Source: an uncultured virus (IMG/VR IMGVR_UViG_3300008113_000043) (Duplodnaviria > Heunggongvirae > Uroviricota > Caudoviricetes). Taken from it: a stretch of DNA of 64,000 nt. A model generated the notes under the pieces. It ran no database searches. It saw nothing but the letters and a program-made list of their open reading frames with translations, and was not told the DNA's origin. The stretch is taken from IMG/VR virus record IMGVR_UViG_3300008113_000043. One strand, given 5' to 3'. This document shows positions 51,301 to 60,010 of the stretch, in pieces. Within the stretch, counting starts at the first letter, position 1. Every line of letters begins with the position of its first letter. Made by a program: the position numbers and the translations under genes.

Positions 51301-54300
51301 GAAATTGTATTTGATAAATTCGTGGTGAATTTATGGTTAAATCCTGTACCATGATCAATAAATGATAATAAAACATTTTGATTTTGTGTACCCAATTCTA
51401 CAAATCCACCAGTATTTGCCACACCAATTTGTACTGTTGAAATTCCTATAAGATCTTTTGAAATCTTAGCAACGTAAAATTGAGAATAATCACTAACTTG
51501 ATAAGTAGTTGTTCCACTAGAGACAGTTATTGGTGTATTTCCAGAACTTGAATATGTAATTAGATCACCAGTACTTAAAGAATGATTTTTCAAATAAATG
51601 CTCTGGGTTGGTATTAATTTAGATGTTACACCATATCCAATATGAGAGAAGAAAATTGTTGTACCAATTCCCACTACAGTACCTTTACCCAAACTTTCCT
51701 TAGGATTAAAATAAATATCCGTATTTAAGTTAAAATTAATTGAAGTAGTATAACCAACATTTAACGTAAATTTCCTAGGAACTTCATTAAGAATAGATCC
51801 TTCACTATGCGCTAAACCAGTAGTTCCATCATATGATCTTAAAATTTTTACTTTTGCTTGAGATTGATCAATTTCTAATATTTTTACTTTTTCATTACCT
51901 ATTTGGTAAATATCATTAACTTGAACTAAAGGATAGTTTAAACTACCTAAAACATCAATGAAAGTTGTAATACCAGTAAAAGATTGATCAGGTATATTTT
52001 TAGTTAAAATCAGTTTACTTGTTAATATACCAACTGAAAATGTATTAGATAATTCTAATTGATAATTATTTAAATTATCAATTGTTATTATATCATTTGG
52101 TTGTAAATTGTGAGTAATACTGCAGATTCCAAGAATAGTTCCCGTGTTTGAATATGGTATAAATTGTACAGTCTTTATCTTAACCTCTGATGATGCTATA
52201 GATACGATATCAGTCCCCGTAATTTCGGATACATTTGCAAAAGCATTTGATCCTCCAGATCCTTCATTGTCAAAAATAACTTCATCACCTACCTGATAAT
52301 TTTTTCCAGGTGAAACTATCTTTAAACTTGTTAAAGATCCTGGCACTGCAATATCAATTCTATTAGATTCATTAGTTAATTTATTGGGTTCTAATGTTGA
52401 ATAATATCCACTATTTTTGGATAATAATTTATAGTAGTAAGTATTTCTTAACCATCCAGTTGAGTTTATATCTATTTTTTCTTGAATAGAATTTTGGTTA
52501 TAATTAAATGATATTAAATTAGATTTATAACTATCTCCAATAATGTATGGGAATGCTGGTTTTAAATAAGATCTGAAAGGTCCATCAGATTCTTCTGTAG
52601 GATTTATAGTTGTAAAATATGCATAAACTCCATCTGGAAATTCTGGAGTTTTACAATATCTACCGTTATAAATGTCTAAGTCACCATCACCATCATAAAA
52701 ATAATCTTCAATAAAAAATCCAACAGGATATTGTGAAGGTCTTAATGCAGAATTAAGAATTCTATAACTAGATTGCATTCTCTTAACTGCTCCACCTTCA
52801 GGGTCAGCATATCCATATGGACCATATATTGGGTTACCATCATATGCCCAACCAATAATTGGAGAATGATATTTTATTAAAGACGTATCATTAGATAAGT
52901 CATCTCTGTATATTACCTCACCATTTACACCAATGGAAGATGAAAGAACAGATTCTCTAAATTTTCTTGGTGCATATGCATGGCAATACTCCAACTCATA
53001 ATTTTTGTTAATAGCATTATAAATGATTCCATCATCACTTGTTATTTGACTTGTTGTGATAAGTCTTTCCACTAAGTTTATATTCCAAGATTTTATATAA
53101 GTTTCAAATTTTACACCAGATCCTGCAGAATACGCATATATAAACGTATTATTTTGTGTATAATTTGATCCAGATTTTCTAATAATTACGTCAACAATTC
53201 TTCCGTCTTCAATTACAGGTAAAATAGATGCCCCAGAACCATCACCAACAATACTAATATCTGGAATAGAATTGTACCCAGAACCAGAATTATTAATTAA
53301 AACATCAACAATTTTTCCATTAGAGATAATAGGAGATAAACTTGCATTTTCTCCATTTGTTACTGTAATTGATGGTTGTCTTCTATAATTAATAATTTCA
53401 GAATCTCCATAATTAATACCTTTAGATTTTAATGAGACTGATTTTATATCACCTCTAAAAATAGGTCTAATTTTTACAGAAGAATCTTGACCTGAAAAAG
53501 TAATAATACCAACAGGACTTTCAATTTTTACGGAAATTGGTTGGTAATTTAACTCGTGTAAACCAGCACCAATTGAAAGTAAATCTATACATAAATTATT
53601 ATTAAAGTAATAATCACTAGCAATAGAACCAATTCCTATAGGAAATAATTTTATTTTATTACTGTCTATAACTTTTACATAATATTCTGAAGTTGATGAT
53701 AGTCCAGATATTAAAATTTCACTTGAATTATAAGTAACTATTTCTTTATCAACATAACTATGATCTGGAATAGTTATAATATCAGTGTAAATATTTACAT
53801 CTGATGGTTCAAAGAATAATTTTTTAGTACTATATCCAAAACCACCATCAATAACATCTATTGAAGAAATTATATTTTTTGGATTAAATGAAATAAATTT
53901 ATGAATACCAGTACTATACGAAGTTAAATTGATCGTGTTTATACCAGAAACCGCACTTTCATATGTGGGATATAATTTTATTTGAGTTGAATTTAATGGG
54001 ACAACAAAATAAACTGAATTATTTGTTAATCCTCCAATAGCAACTTGATTATCTGATGAGTAAATTACTTTTTCAAACGAATTAAATTTATGAAATGTTG
54101 TAAATCCTATGATATTATTTGATAAATCTACTAAACTTGATGATGAATATGCACTAAATTCAACTTCAGTATAGGTTGGTGAAATTTTACAAACTGCCTT
54201 TGCACCAGAACCATTTCCACCACTAATAGTAATTTTGGGTAAACCATTAGTGAAAGAATAATTATTTTCTAAAATTTGAATTGATTTTAACGAACCTGTT

Positions 54301-56510
54301 ACATTGCATACTCCAGTTGCACCAATTCCAGTTGGATCGGTAATATTTAATAATGGTGGATTTATTACATCATAATTTGAATCACCTTCTGATGATACTA
54401 TTATTTTTTCTATTGGACCATAATTAATAAAATCACCAGTTTTATAACTTAATAATTCGACACCATTTAATAACATACCAATTTGACCTGGATTGGTAGA
54501 TGTTTTTATGCTCGAATCTATTGGTTGTACAAATTTTCTTATTAAACCTTGAGGTCTTATTGATTGATTTGCAAATTTTGTCAACTGTAATGTATTATCA
54601 GTTATTTCACCACTGACAAAAACAAAAATATTAGTATAAATGTTGGATCTACTGGTACTTAATTTTATGGTAGTATCATTTATTTTTTTAACATAATATG
54701 TACCTTCTGGAATATTTAATTTATTATTTTCACCTTCATTTGTATATGTAACAGAATCTCCAGTAAAAAATGGATGTTTTCCAATGATCATTTCATAACC
54801 ATCAAAAAACCCACCAAATTTTACTGAAAAATCTTTAAATCTTAATGGAAGATTTAAATATGATGGTAATGATGGTGAAGCAACATAAACCTCATCAGTC
54901 CCATTTTTAGTGTCTATATAAACATTATGTACGTTTGATGATATTTCTTTAAGATATGGATATTCATTAGTATCAACTTTATTGATATTCTTAATAGCAA
55001 CAAAATTTAAATTAGTGTTTATACTATCATTTAATTGAATATCAAAAGAATTTTTATCAGTTACCTTTATTACTAATGAAGTATATTCATTACCTGAATT
55101 ATCTGCAATAGTAACACTATCACCCAAAACAATAGTGTTAGTATCTTTTGTTATTATTCTGTATCTAAAACCAGAAAGTTGCTGTACGGTCTGTACTTCA
55201 AAATAAGGAGTTGCATTGACATTCCATGAAGAACTCAACACATTTTGCCTACTAATGCCTAATGAAACTATATCAATTCTATCATTATTTTCATAAAAAT
55301 AAGTACCATTAACATTAGGAATATCTGATAAAACACCAGTTATTCTGATTTTTATAATAATATCATTAAAATATCCATATGCAAAGAATGGTGAATATAT
55401 TTCAGTCGCTCTGTGTAAAGCAACTACTCCAGTACACCCTAAAAATTGATTGGATGTTTTTGATGTATAATTTATTGTTATTGGATTATTCTTATCCAAA
55501 TAAACAATTATTGATCCAGAATTTGGAAATCCAAATGTCGAATCTACATCCAAATACTTTTGATCATTTGTTGTTGGTGATGTTAAGTATGTTTTGGGGT
55601 GATATGAAAAGTCATCATCATTGATGCCTTCAGTATAATCTAAACTGATCTTATAATAAATTCTATTGTTTCTGAAAATTCTTTCTACATTCGTTACTGT
55701 ACCTGTTGCTGAATTTATAATACCAGGGATTTCATCTTGATACAAAGTTAAATTAGTTAAATCTTCAGGTTCTCCTGATATTTTTTCCGCTATTATATCT
55801 CTAGTTATTCTATAGTCGGCATCAGATGCTTGTACTACGTAATCTCTTGGTTTGATTACTTTAGCACCAATACCAAAAATAGATTTAAATAAAATATCAA
55901 ATGAAATATCAGATCCTTTTGTAGAATAAAAATCTTTTAATTTGTATAAAAGAGTTTTTTCATTTATAGATGGATAAAAATCAATACCTTCAAAACCTGG
56001 AGCAAAATGATACTTATATTTCTTAAAAAATTCTTTAAGAAATAAAGCATTTAGATTATAAACGATGTCACCAACTTTATGTTCTTCTGCTAAATTAGAC
56101 TTTTCAAAAACTAACTGATCTTTTACTTCTGCCCTATAAGAAGTTATACCACTAAAAGATCTGGTGCATTCTTTGAATGAATTACTTGTTGAATACTTAT
56201 ATGATATTATTTCACCATTAATTTTTATTAATCCATTTTCTTTGGGGAAATCTTGTGTTGAAGATACAAATATTTCCGTGGAATTGAAAGTAACATCATT
56301 GTCTAATTTTGTATGGAAATTTATTTCCGCAATATTGTCTAATTTTATATACTGATCAATATTATTGAGAATATCTAACGGACCACCTTGATATTCTGAT
56401 GAGTTATAGTATTCCTGTAAAAATTCTAAAATACGTGGAGATTCGTCAAATAAAAATTCTGGGATTTGACTTTTGATTAAATTTTTAGTTTTTATTCTAG
56501 AATTTAACAT
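45378..56510 (-). CDS. g7: Baseplate wedge initiator gp7-like giant protein (3710 aa)
   Basis: SQIPEF...FLQEYY N-terminus, KDFYSTKGS, HDNDYYQYFSYSVKS, YHYH-like HSPIIGWAYDGNPIYGPYGY domain; between g6 and g8. Confidence 0.85.
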   Translation of the reverse strand: MLNSRIKTKNLIKSQIPEFLFDESPRILEFLQEYYNSSEYQGGPLDILNNIDQYIKLDNIAEINFHTKLDNDVTFNSTEIFVSSTQDFPKENGLIKINGEIISYKYSTSNSFKECTRSFSGITSYRAEVKDQLVFEKSNLAEEHKVGDIVYNLNALFLKEFFKKYKYHFAPGFEGIDFYPSINEKTLLYKLKDFYSTKGSDISFDILFKSIFGIGAKVIKPRDYVVQASDADYRITRDIIAEKISGEPEDLTNLTLYQDEIPGIINSATGTVTNVERIFRNNRIYYKISLDYTEGINDDDFSYHPKTYLTSPTTNDQKYLDVDSTFGFPNSGSIIVYLDKNNPITINYTSKTSNQFLGCTGVVALHRATEIYSPFFAYGYFNDIIIKIRITGVLSDIPNVNGTYFYENNDRIDIVSLGISRQNVLSSSWNVNATPYFEVQTVQQLSGFRYRIITKDTNTIVLGDSVTIADNSGNEYTSLVIKVTDKNSFDIQLNDSINTNLNFVAIKNINKVDTNEYPYLKEISSNVHNVYIDTKNGTDEVYVASPSLPSYLNLPLRFKDFSVKFGGFFDGYEMIIGKHPFFTGDSVTYTNEGENNKLNIPEGTYYVKKINDTTIKLSTSRSNIYTNIFVFVSGEITDNTLQLTKFANQSIRPQGLIRKFVQPIDSSIKTSTNPGQIGMLLNGVELLSYKTGDFINYGPIEKIIVSSEGDSNYDVINPPLLNITDPTGIGATGVCNVTGSLKSIQILENNYSFTNGLPKITISGGNGSGAKAVCKISPTYTEVEFSAYSSSSLVDLSNNIIGFTTFHKFNSFEKVIYSSDNQVAIGGLTNNSVYFVVPLNSTQIKLYPTYESAVSGINTINLTSYSTGIHKFISFNPKNIISSIDVIDGGFGYSTKKLFFEPSDVNIYTDIITIPDHSYVDKEIVTYNSSEILISGLSSTSEYYVKVIDSNKIKLFPIGIGSIASDYYFNNNLCIDLLSIGAGLHELNYQPISVKIESPVGIITFSGQDSSVKIRPIFRGDIKSVSLKSKGINYGDSEIINYRRQPSITVTNGENASLSPIISNGKIVDVLINNSGSGYNSIPDISIVGDGSGASILPVIEDGRIVDVIIRKSGSNYTQNNTFIYAYSAGSGVKFETYIKSWNINLVERLITTSQITSDDGIIYNAINKNYELEYCHAYAPRKFRESVLSSSIGVNGEVIYRDDLSNDTSLIKYHSPIIGWAYDGNPIYGPYGYADPEGGAVKRMQSSYRILNSALRPSQYPVGFFIEDYFYDGDGDLDIYNGRYCKTPEFPDGVYAYFTTINPTEESDGPFRSYLKPAFPYIIGDSYKSNLISFNYNQNSIQEKIDINSTGWLRNTYYYKLLSKNSGYYSTLEPNKLTNESNRIDIAVPGSLTSLKIVSPGKNYQVGDEVIFDNEGSGGSNAFANVSEITGTDIVSIASSEVKIKTVQFIPYSNTGTILGICSITHNLQPNDIITIDNLNNYQLELSNTFSVGILTSKLILTKNIPDQSFTGITTFIDVLGSLNYPLVQVNDIYQIGNEKVKILEIDQSQAKVKILRSYDGTTGLAHSEGSILNEVPRKFTLNVGYTTSINFNLNTDIYFNPKESLGKGTVVGIGTTIFFSHIGYGVTSKLIPTQSIYLKNHSLSTGDLITYSSSGNTPITVSSGTTTYQVSDYSQFYVAKISKDLIGISTVQIGVANTGGFVELGTQNQNVLLSFIDHGTGFNHKFTTNLSNTISGDIKKVSVVVTTSQNHGLSVNDNIRMDIKSGIQTTVVVQYNDTTRRMVFNPKSFGFLNVDVNEDIITIENHGYKTGQKVLHTSQSPTGGLLNDELYYVIVLDENRIRLSKTYYKSLNKVLNLDYVNLVLPASDGALSLVNPSLEAYKNSTVIFDLSDLSLSSSGRPAFSFDFYTDSDFKNKFYTSASDLFTVRKIGKIGVDPNASVSLIIDDNTPQNLYYRLTPIFFDGISLAKQQIITDDFNIVNNNLIRVSNSLYNGIYSISGIGSLSFTYLSKISPEKSSYNSDEAILEYHTSSRTAFGKINRVDVQSGGFGYKKLPNVVKVRSGLGTDSLLLPFSDNIGRVFKYKLNDIGFDYPTDKTLSPSTLLPKIFKIEPLSKFKRISIVSPGVNYYVPPQLVVLDGLTGRVNEEADLRYEIGDYDVSIIRNTTGVYNITPIILPVNNPNGTRIKDIAYNSTTKNVTVGLAVSYGNIDEFPFEVGDEVIIENTNIDIVEGGNGYNSSNYGYKLFTLTEVNPDIGGETPTITYNISDLKNPNPGVFDTFESIGTVTPKKYFPIFEIELIKDRFISGEKIISQSGVEGIAQSYDFKNEYLKINTTEEFKVGDLVTGESTKNRGVISQIVVFETKHNIGGNSILTKGWTNNIGLLGDSLQRLHDNDYYQYFSYSVKSNVSLENWDGIVSDLNHTLGFKKFSDLSVESYAFDPEDRVGLVSAAQQISLSSIATLDSTVDFNLYKDFDIAREKPILIDNRYVSNEILFNSPFLQSYLEFIGNRVLKIDDISSEFNDVNRSFDLYYKNQPIFAVEFNATTGSVVGLTDNTIYLPNHFFVSGEEIEYVPFNNSSANAIGIGTTFFVGVGTTSKLPSSVYVIKIDSRRIQLASSAENALLFNPIPLSLTSVGIGSTHIFKSKNPNTRALITLNGIIQSPLVSTAVTSSTISSVGIGSTIFRLTGISSIFTGDLIKINNEIMFVTSVGVASTNSLSVFRNWVGTTQGIHSGGSLVTKLSGSYNIVDNSVHFSEAVPGLSPIGTTSNGPSEVDYVGLTTSTRFDGRVFIRSALKQGFTSVYEKAYNTNYVFDDISQSFNGITTNFTLKQNKNNITGFSTSNAIILIDDVFQGPQRLGSPLTNINGDYKLTETSGQTIISFTGNPANFNQTNDINASSVPRGGIIVSVGSSSGLRYQPLIGAGGTAIVSAAGTIQSVAIGNSGSGYRVGVQTYIRVGVQTYSSGTPKITYVGYANAANGKITNVVITNPGIGYTRSNPPKVVIDPPLNYTDIPLIYSSSSPSGIGTGATVDITVGQGSSVINFELKNLGYGYGQGDILTVPIGGTTGIPTDASTFTLYAFEEFKVFVDKTFNSKFSGWSVGDILVLDNIEQYFNGRRRLFPLLRNGERISFFPRRSSGIELQDNLLVFINDILQVPGESYTFNGGSTIRFNEAPKPRLSGYTTPGDTCKIMMYTGTQSIDVNEIDVIETLKIGDNVQFFSDVDVTLNQDQRLVVDINAADTVLTNTYAGQGVSDTELLERPINWIKQTEDKIIDEIEVGKDRVYYEPNIHTQCTLLSNVGIGSTFAYVTSVKSLFDNPREGILVSKSRVVEIISNDVLTSGIATATVSIASTISTLNLVNAGSGYTSSPRVTIETPGIGITGIASATANISGGRITSFTITNPGFGYTTGPLAGLVVNQQGIGYPPLDTSNNVFVNARLKTLTGFGRGATATIVINPLNQTVFSTNITNGGTNYKINDLVFLDSYDNVGLATTYRRTTLASPLVFAVTGIKGPNILIAPPIPVIEEVSNVTYEGDYGLIVGVGTTSVGVTTGLVFDFYIPQNSPLVTDGHGITKSGIKTGDYFVVTSSSVGFGVTSLTRGGSTLGIGTENIDNVYEVFSTSQVNRSIPSIGISTVIRVVTRIARYNGINSVVSIASTSNYAAYSWGKINFTDRSTPRSFTVKTNNFAGISTNPIIRRKNPLAYENYL

Positions 56511-56514
56511 AATA

Positions 56515-58422
56515 CTAATTTCTTATTAAATTTCCGTTTAAATAACTTGATGATACTATATATTGAGATCCAGAAACATCTCTTCCTGAAGAGATTGAAT
56601 CTTCAATTAAGTCTAATTTTGATTTTGAGTTATCTAATTGTAAATATAAATCTTGTTTACCAATAATATCATTAGACTTTGGTATTGTAGAAAATTCAAT
56701 AATATAGTTTCCACCAACTTGCTTTGAGTTAAGTATATTAATTGTTGTTATTCTTATTTCACCTTTAACATAATCTATTACACCAACATCAGTCCTCACT
56801 ATAACAGGTTCTGATGAAGAACCTAGTTTAAATAAAAATAATCTTCCAGTTAATAAATCTTGGTTTGGAATATCACTAAAATATACAGTATCGCTTACTC
56901 CAGCAACATTAAATCCAGATGATTTTATATTATATCCTTTTTGGTTTTTAACATAAAATTCATTTCCAAAACATACCTCATATTCTGCAAATTTTCCTAT
57001 TTCAATTCTTAAATCTCGCCTCATTGATATTTTTGTGATATTTGATGTTATAGAATCATCAGAATCATCTATTAATTTTAAAAACTTACTATATTTAAAT
57101 CTTGAAGAATATCTATTTAATTCCGAGGACTTTGCATATTTAATTAAATTATCTAAAACTCTATTTCTTACCGTACTTGGAGATCTTGATAAGTTGGAGT
57201 TGTAATAAACTTGAGAATCATACTCAATATAAAGATATTTAAGATCTATAAATTCTGGTACAATACCAGCAACAGCATATTTTCTAAGTTTAAATTTTAA
57301 ATTATCTTTTACATTATTTGGAATAAACGCACCATTTTTTGGTTTTACTGCAATAAAAACTTTACCAAATTTTGGTGGATCTAACTCTTCACCTCCAAAT
57401 ACAGATATAGATTCAACTTCTGGATAAATTAATGGCACTAATGCCTCATAGTCTGCTGAAGTAACTGCTCTATTTTGTGCAGCATATACTCTTGGGGCAA
57501 ACTTTTTTATTGAAGAAACTTCTTCTATTGGTTTCCCACCACTAGATCCTTCTATAGTGGTTATGAATGGTGTTGGTACTTGTAACTCGTCTCCATTATT
57601 ATCTACAAAAGATCCAGAAAATGTAAATTCTGATATACCATTAGAATTTGGACCAGAAGTTACTATGTAAGATGCTTCTATGAAATTCTTATCTTCTAAA
57701 GGAGTTCCAAAAGTACCATCACCAAATATTAATTCATATCTTTGATCACTTATTTCACTTAAAAAGAAAATTTTATCTGATGATTTTACTTCTGTTATAT
57801 TATCTATAAAATTGAATATTCTTGTAACTGAACTTTGTATAGAATCTCTTACTAAAACTCTTATTGTAGAAGTGTCAATATTTGCATTATTTAAAACAAA
57901 ATTCTGATTTTTATTTAAAGAATCAACGATAAAACTACTTGATATTAATGAACCTTCAAGAACTTCTATATTATTAAACGATGCGATCCCATTTATAACT
58001 GGAACTGTTATATCATCTGCTATAGAAAAAACGTAACTTTGTGCTCCAAATGATCTAGTTGTTGTACAAACTGGACCCTTTTTTAAAGTTACAGTAATCG
58101 CATTATCTGCTATCCCAATAACATCTATAAAGAATGATATCCTTGCCTTTGAACAAACTACCGATCTTGGTAAATAACCAACATGCTTTGCTAGAGAAAC
58201 TACATTTTCTCTAAGTGTAGCGGAATCCAAAAATACCTCATTACTCAACATATTTGCATTATATGATGAGATATAAGTATTATATGCTAAAATATCGATT
58301 AAAATTGATAAGTTAGATCCTTCAAAATCGTAATCTGTGAATGTTGAATTAGATCTTAAATAATCTTTAATCGATGTTTTTATCTGTTCAAAATCTAGAT
58401 TTGAAAAATTTACTAGTGACAT
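56515..58422 (-). CDS. g6: Baseplate wedge subunit gp6
   Basis: LDFEQIK..FTDYDFEGSN, FLDSATLRENVVSLAK, QNRAVTSADY. Confidence 0.95.
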   Translation of the reverse strand: MSLVNFSNLDFEQIKTSIKDYLRSNSTFTDYDFEGSNLSILIDILAYNTYISSYNANMLSNEVFLDSATLRENVVSLAKHVGYLPRSVVCSKARISFFIDVIGIADNAITVTLKKGPVCTTTRSFGAQSYVFSIADDITVPVINGIASFNNIEVLEGSLISSSFIVDSLNKNQNFVLNNANIDTSTIRVLVRDSIQSSVTRIFNFIDNITEVKSSDKIFFLSEISDQRYELIFGDGTFGTPLEDKNFIEASYIVTSGPNSNGISEFTFSGSFVDNNGDELQVPTPFITTIEGSSGGKPIEEVSSIKKFAPRVYAAQNRAVTSADYEALVPLIYPEVESISVFGGEELDPPKFGKVFIAVKPKNGAFIPNNVKDNLKFKLRKYAVAGIVPEFIDLKYLYIEYDSQVYYNSNLSRSPSTVRNRVLDNLIKYAKSSELNRYSSRFKYSKFLKLIDDSDDSITSNITKISMRRDLRIEIGKFAEYEVCFGNEFYVKNQKGYNIKSSGFNVAGVSDTVYFSDIPNQDLLTGRLFLFKLGSSSEPVIVRTDVGVIDYVKGEIRITTINILNSKQVGGNYIIEFSTIPKSNDIIGKQDLYLQLDNSKSKLDLIEDSISSGRDVSGSQYIVSSSYLNGNLIRN

Positions 58423-58824
58423 TTATCTAGTTGGTAGTAATACAAAGGTTAGTTGTTGTGGTAAAGCATCAATTCCAACTATATTATAAAATATTGACAC
58501 GTTGAATGAATTATTTACATAATCTGGAGTAACTTTAACATCAGTTAATCTCACTCTGGGTTCATAGTTTTGTATTGTGAGTTCTATTTCAGTCTTTAAT
58601 AAATCTGCAGTAGATTTATCCATATTTTCAAAAAGAAGTCTTGAAACTCTAGATCCAAGATTTCTTTGAAAAAATCTTTCACCTCGATTAGTTAAAATCA
58701 AATTTCTTACAGAACGTGCAATAGCAGTTTCATTAGAAATTGAAGCAATATCTCTTGTTAATGGATTTAACAGAAAAGAATTACTAATATCTTTAAAACC
58801 CCTACTGACACGTTCCGTAGGCAT
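58423..58824 (-). CDS. g25: Baseplate wedge subunit gp25
   Basis: AIARSVRNLILTNRGERFF, IQNYEPRV. Confidence 0.93.
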   Translation of the reverse strand: MPTERVSRGFKDISNSFLLNPLTRDIASISNETAIARSVRNLILTNRGERFFQRNLGSRVSRLLFENMDKSTADLLKTEIELTIQNYEPRVRLTDVKVTPDYVNNSFNVSIFYNIVGIDALPQQLTFVLLPTR

Positions 58825-58851
58825 GATTGTATATTATTATAATTTATACAT

Positions 58852-58859
58852 TATTTATT
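58852..58859 (-). promoter_or_regulatory. Late promoter (AATAAATA) at the start of the baseplate operon
   Basis: Motif about 28 nt upstream of the g25 ATG. Confidence 0.6.
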
Positions 58860-58862
58860 ATG

Positions 58863-59171
58863 TTAAATCCAGCGTTTTGTTGGAATTGGTTCAGTCCCAT
58901 ATTCCCAATCATCATAATCCTCATCATTTCTAATTTTTTGATGTATTTCATTTTGCATTTCAAAATTATGCTTCTTTGGTGTTGCATCATCATGATTAAT
59001 TTCTCTAAGCATTCTGGATTTAAAAAATCCATGACCATGTGTAAAATGGGATCCTTCTACTGTAATTGGGTCTGCTTCCATATTTTCTATGGAATTGTAG
59101 TCAGTAACTAATTTAGTAGTTCCCCACATAGAATACATATAATCTTTGTCTCTATCTGGTTGTTTGTTCAT
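58863..59171 (-). CDS. Hypothetical protein
   Basis: 102-aa ORF with a GAG RBS; same strand as its neighbours. Confidence 0.75.
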   Translation of the reverse strand: MNKQPDRDKDYMYSMWGTTKLVTDYNSIENMEADPITVEGSHFTHGHGFFKSRMLREINHDDATPKKHNFEMQNEIHQKIRNDEDYDDWEYGTEPIPTKRWI

Positions 59172-59214
59172 TGTTTACTCTTAGTAGATTAACATAGAAC
59201 TTTTTAAGGGGTTT

Positions 59215-60009
59215 CTATCCCTTAATAATATCACTTAAATTTTTTGCAAATTTATCTGAAGTTCTAACTCCATAATGAAACCCATCTCTTCCAAGATCTA
59301 TTTTCTCTATTTTATGAATATATTCTCTACAAAGTTTATCAAATGATTGTTGAATAGTTTGTCTTATTTTTAATGGATAAGAATTAATTTCATCAGAAAT
59401 TACTGAATGAATTATACGTACTTGACATTTAATTGCATGTTCTTCTACTTTTTTTACGCACTTTAAAGTATTTTTCAGGTTATCATGTAAATTTTTATGA
59501 TGATTGTTTCGTTGATAATCTTCATTAGTATAAGGTGTAATTCTCCTTTCTTCATCAATTAAAGAAGTATCTAAAGATTCTTTTCTATCAAAATAACTCC
59601 AATGAACCACAATAGTAGTTGGATTTATTTCGTTTATAACATTAATAACTTTTCTAGCAATCCAATCATTGCTTGCACCATCCATACTTATATTAATAGT
59701 TCTTAATTTAAGATATTTTCCTAATTTTTTAACCCACATATGTTCATATGGACATCCTAAACCAAGAGTAAAACTATCACCAAAACACCAAACAGACCTT
59801 TGTAACATTTTATATGACATATCTGTAAGTTGGTCTGGCCATTCATCATCACGAAAACCTCTAGTATTAAATTTATAATTTACTTTATGTGGATAATGAT
59901 TAAAATATGATTTAGATAAACATTCATCAAAACTATCTAAACCACTTTCTTCCCATTCCTGATTTACTCTGGTTGTTAAGATAAGGTCTGGTAAAATTTC
60001 GTGGGTCAT
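59215..60009 (-). CDS. SGNH/GDSL hydrolase-like protein
   Basis: CFGDSFT (block I), GASND, DGFH (DxxH, block V); likely start is ATG 60009-60007, 1 nt after the upstream stop. Confidence 0.75.
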   Translation of the reverse strand: MTHEILPDLILTTRVNQEWEESGLDSFDECLSKSYFNHYPHKVNYKFNTRGFRDDEWPDQLTDMSYKMLQRSVWCFGDSFTLGLGCPYEHMWVKKLGKYLKLRTINISMDGASNDWIARKVINVINEINPTTIVVHWSYFDRKESLDTSLIDEERRITPYTNEDYQRNNHHKNLHDNLKNTLKCVKKVEEHAIKCQVRIIHSVISDEINSYPLKIRQTIQQSFDKLCREYIHKIEKIDLGRDGFHYGVRTSDKFAKNLSDIIKG

Positions 60010-60010
60010 A

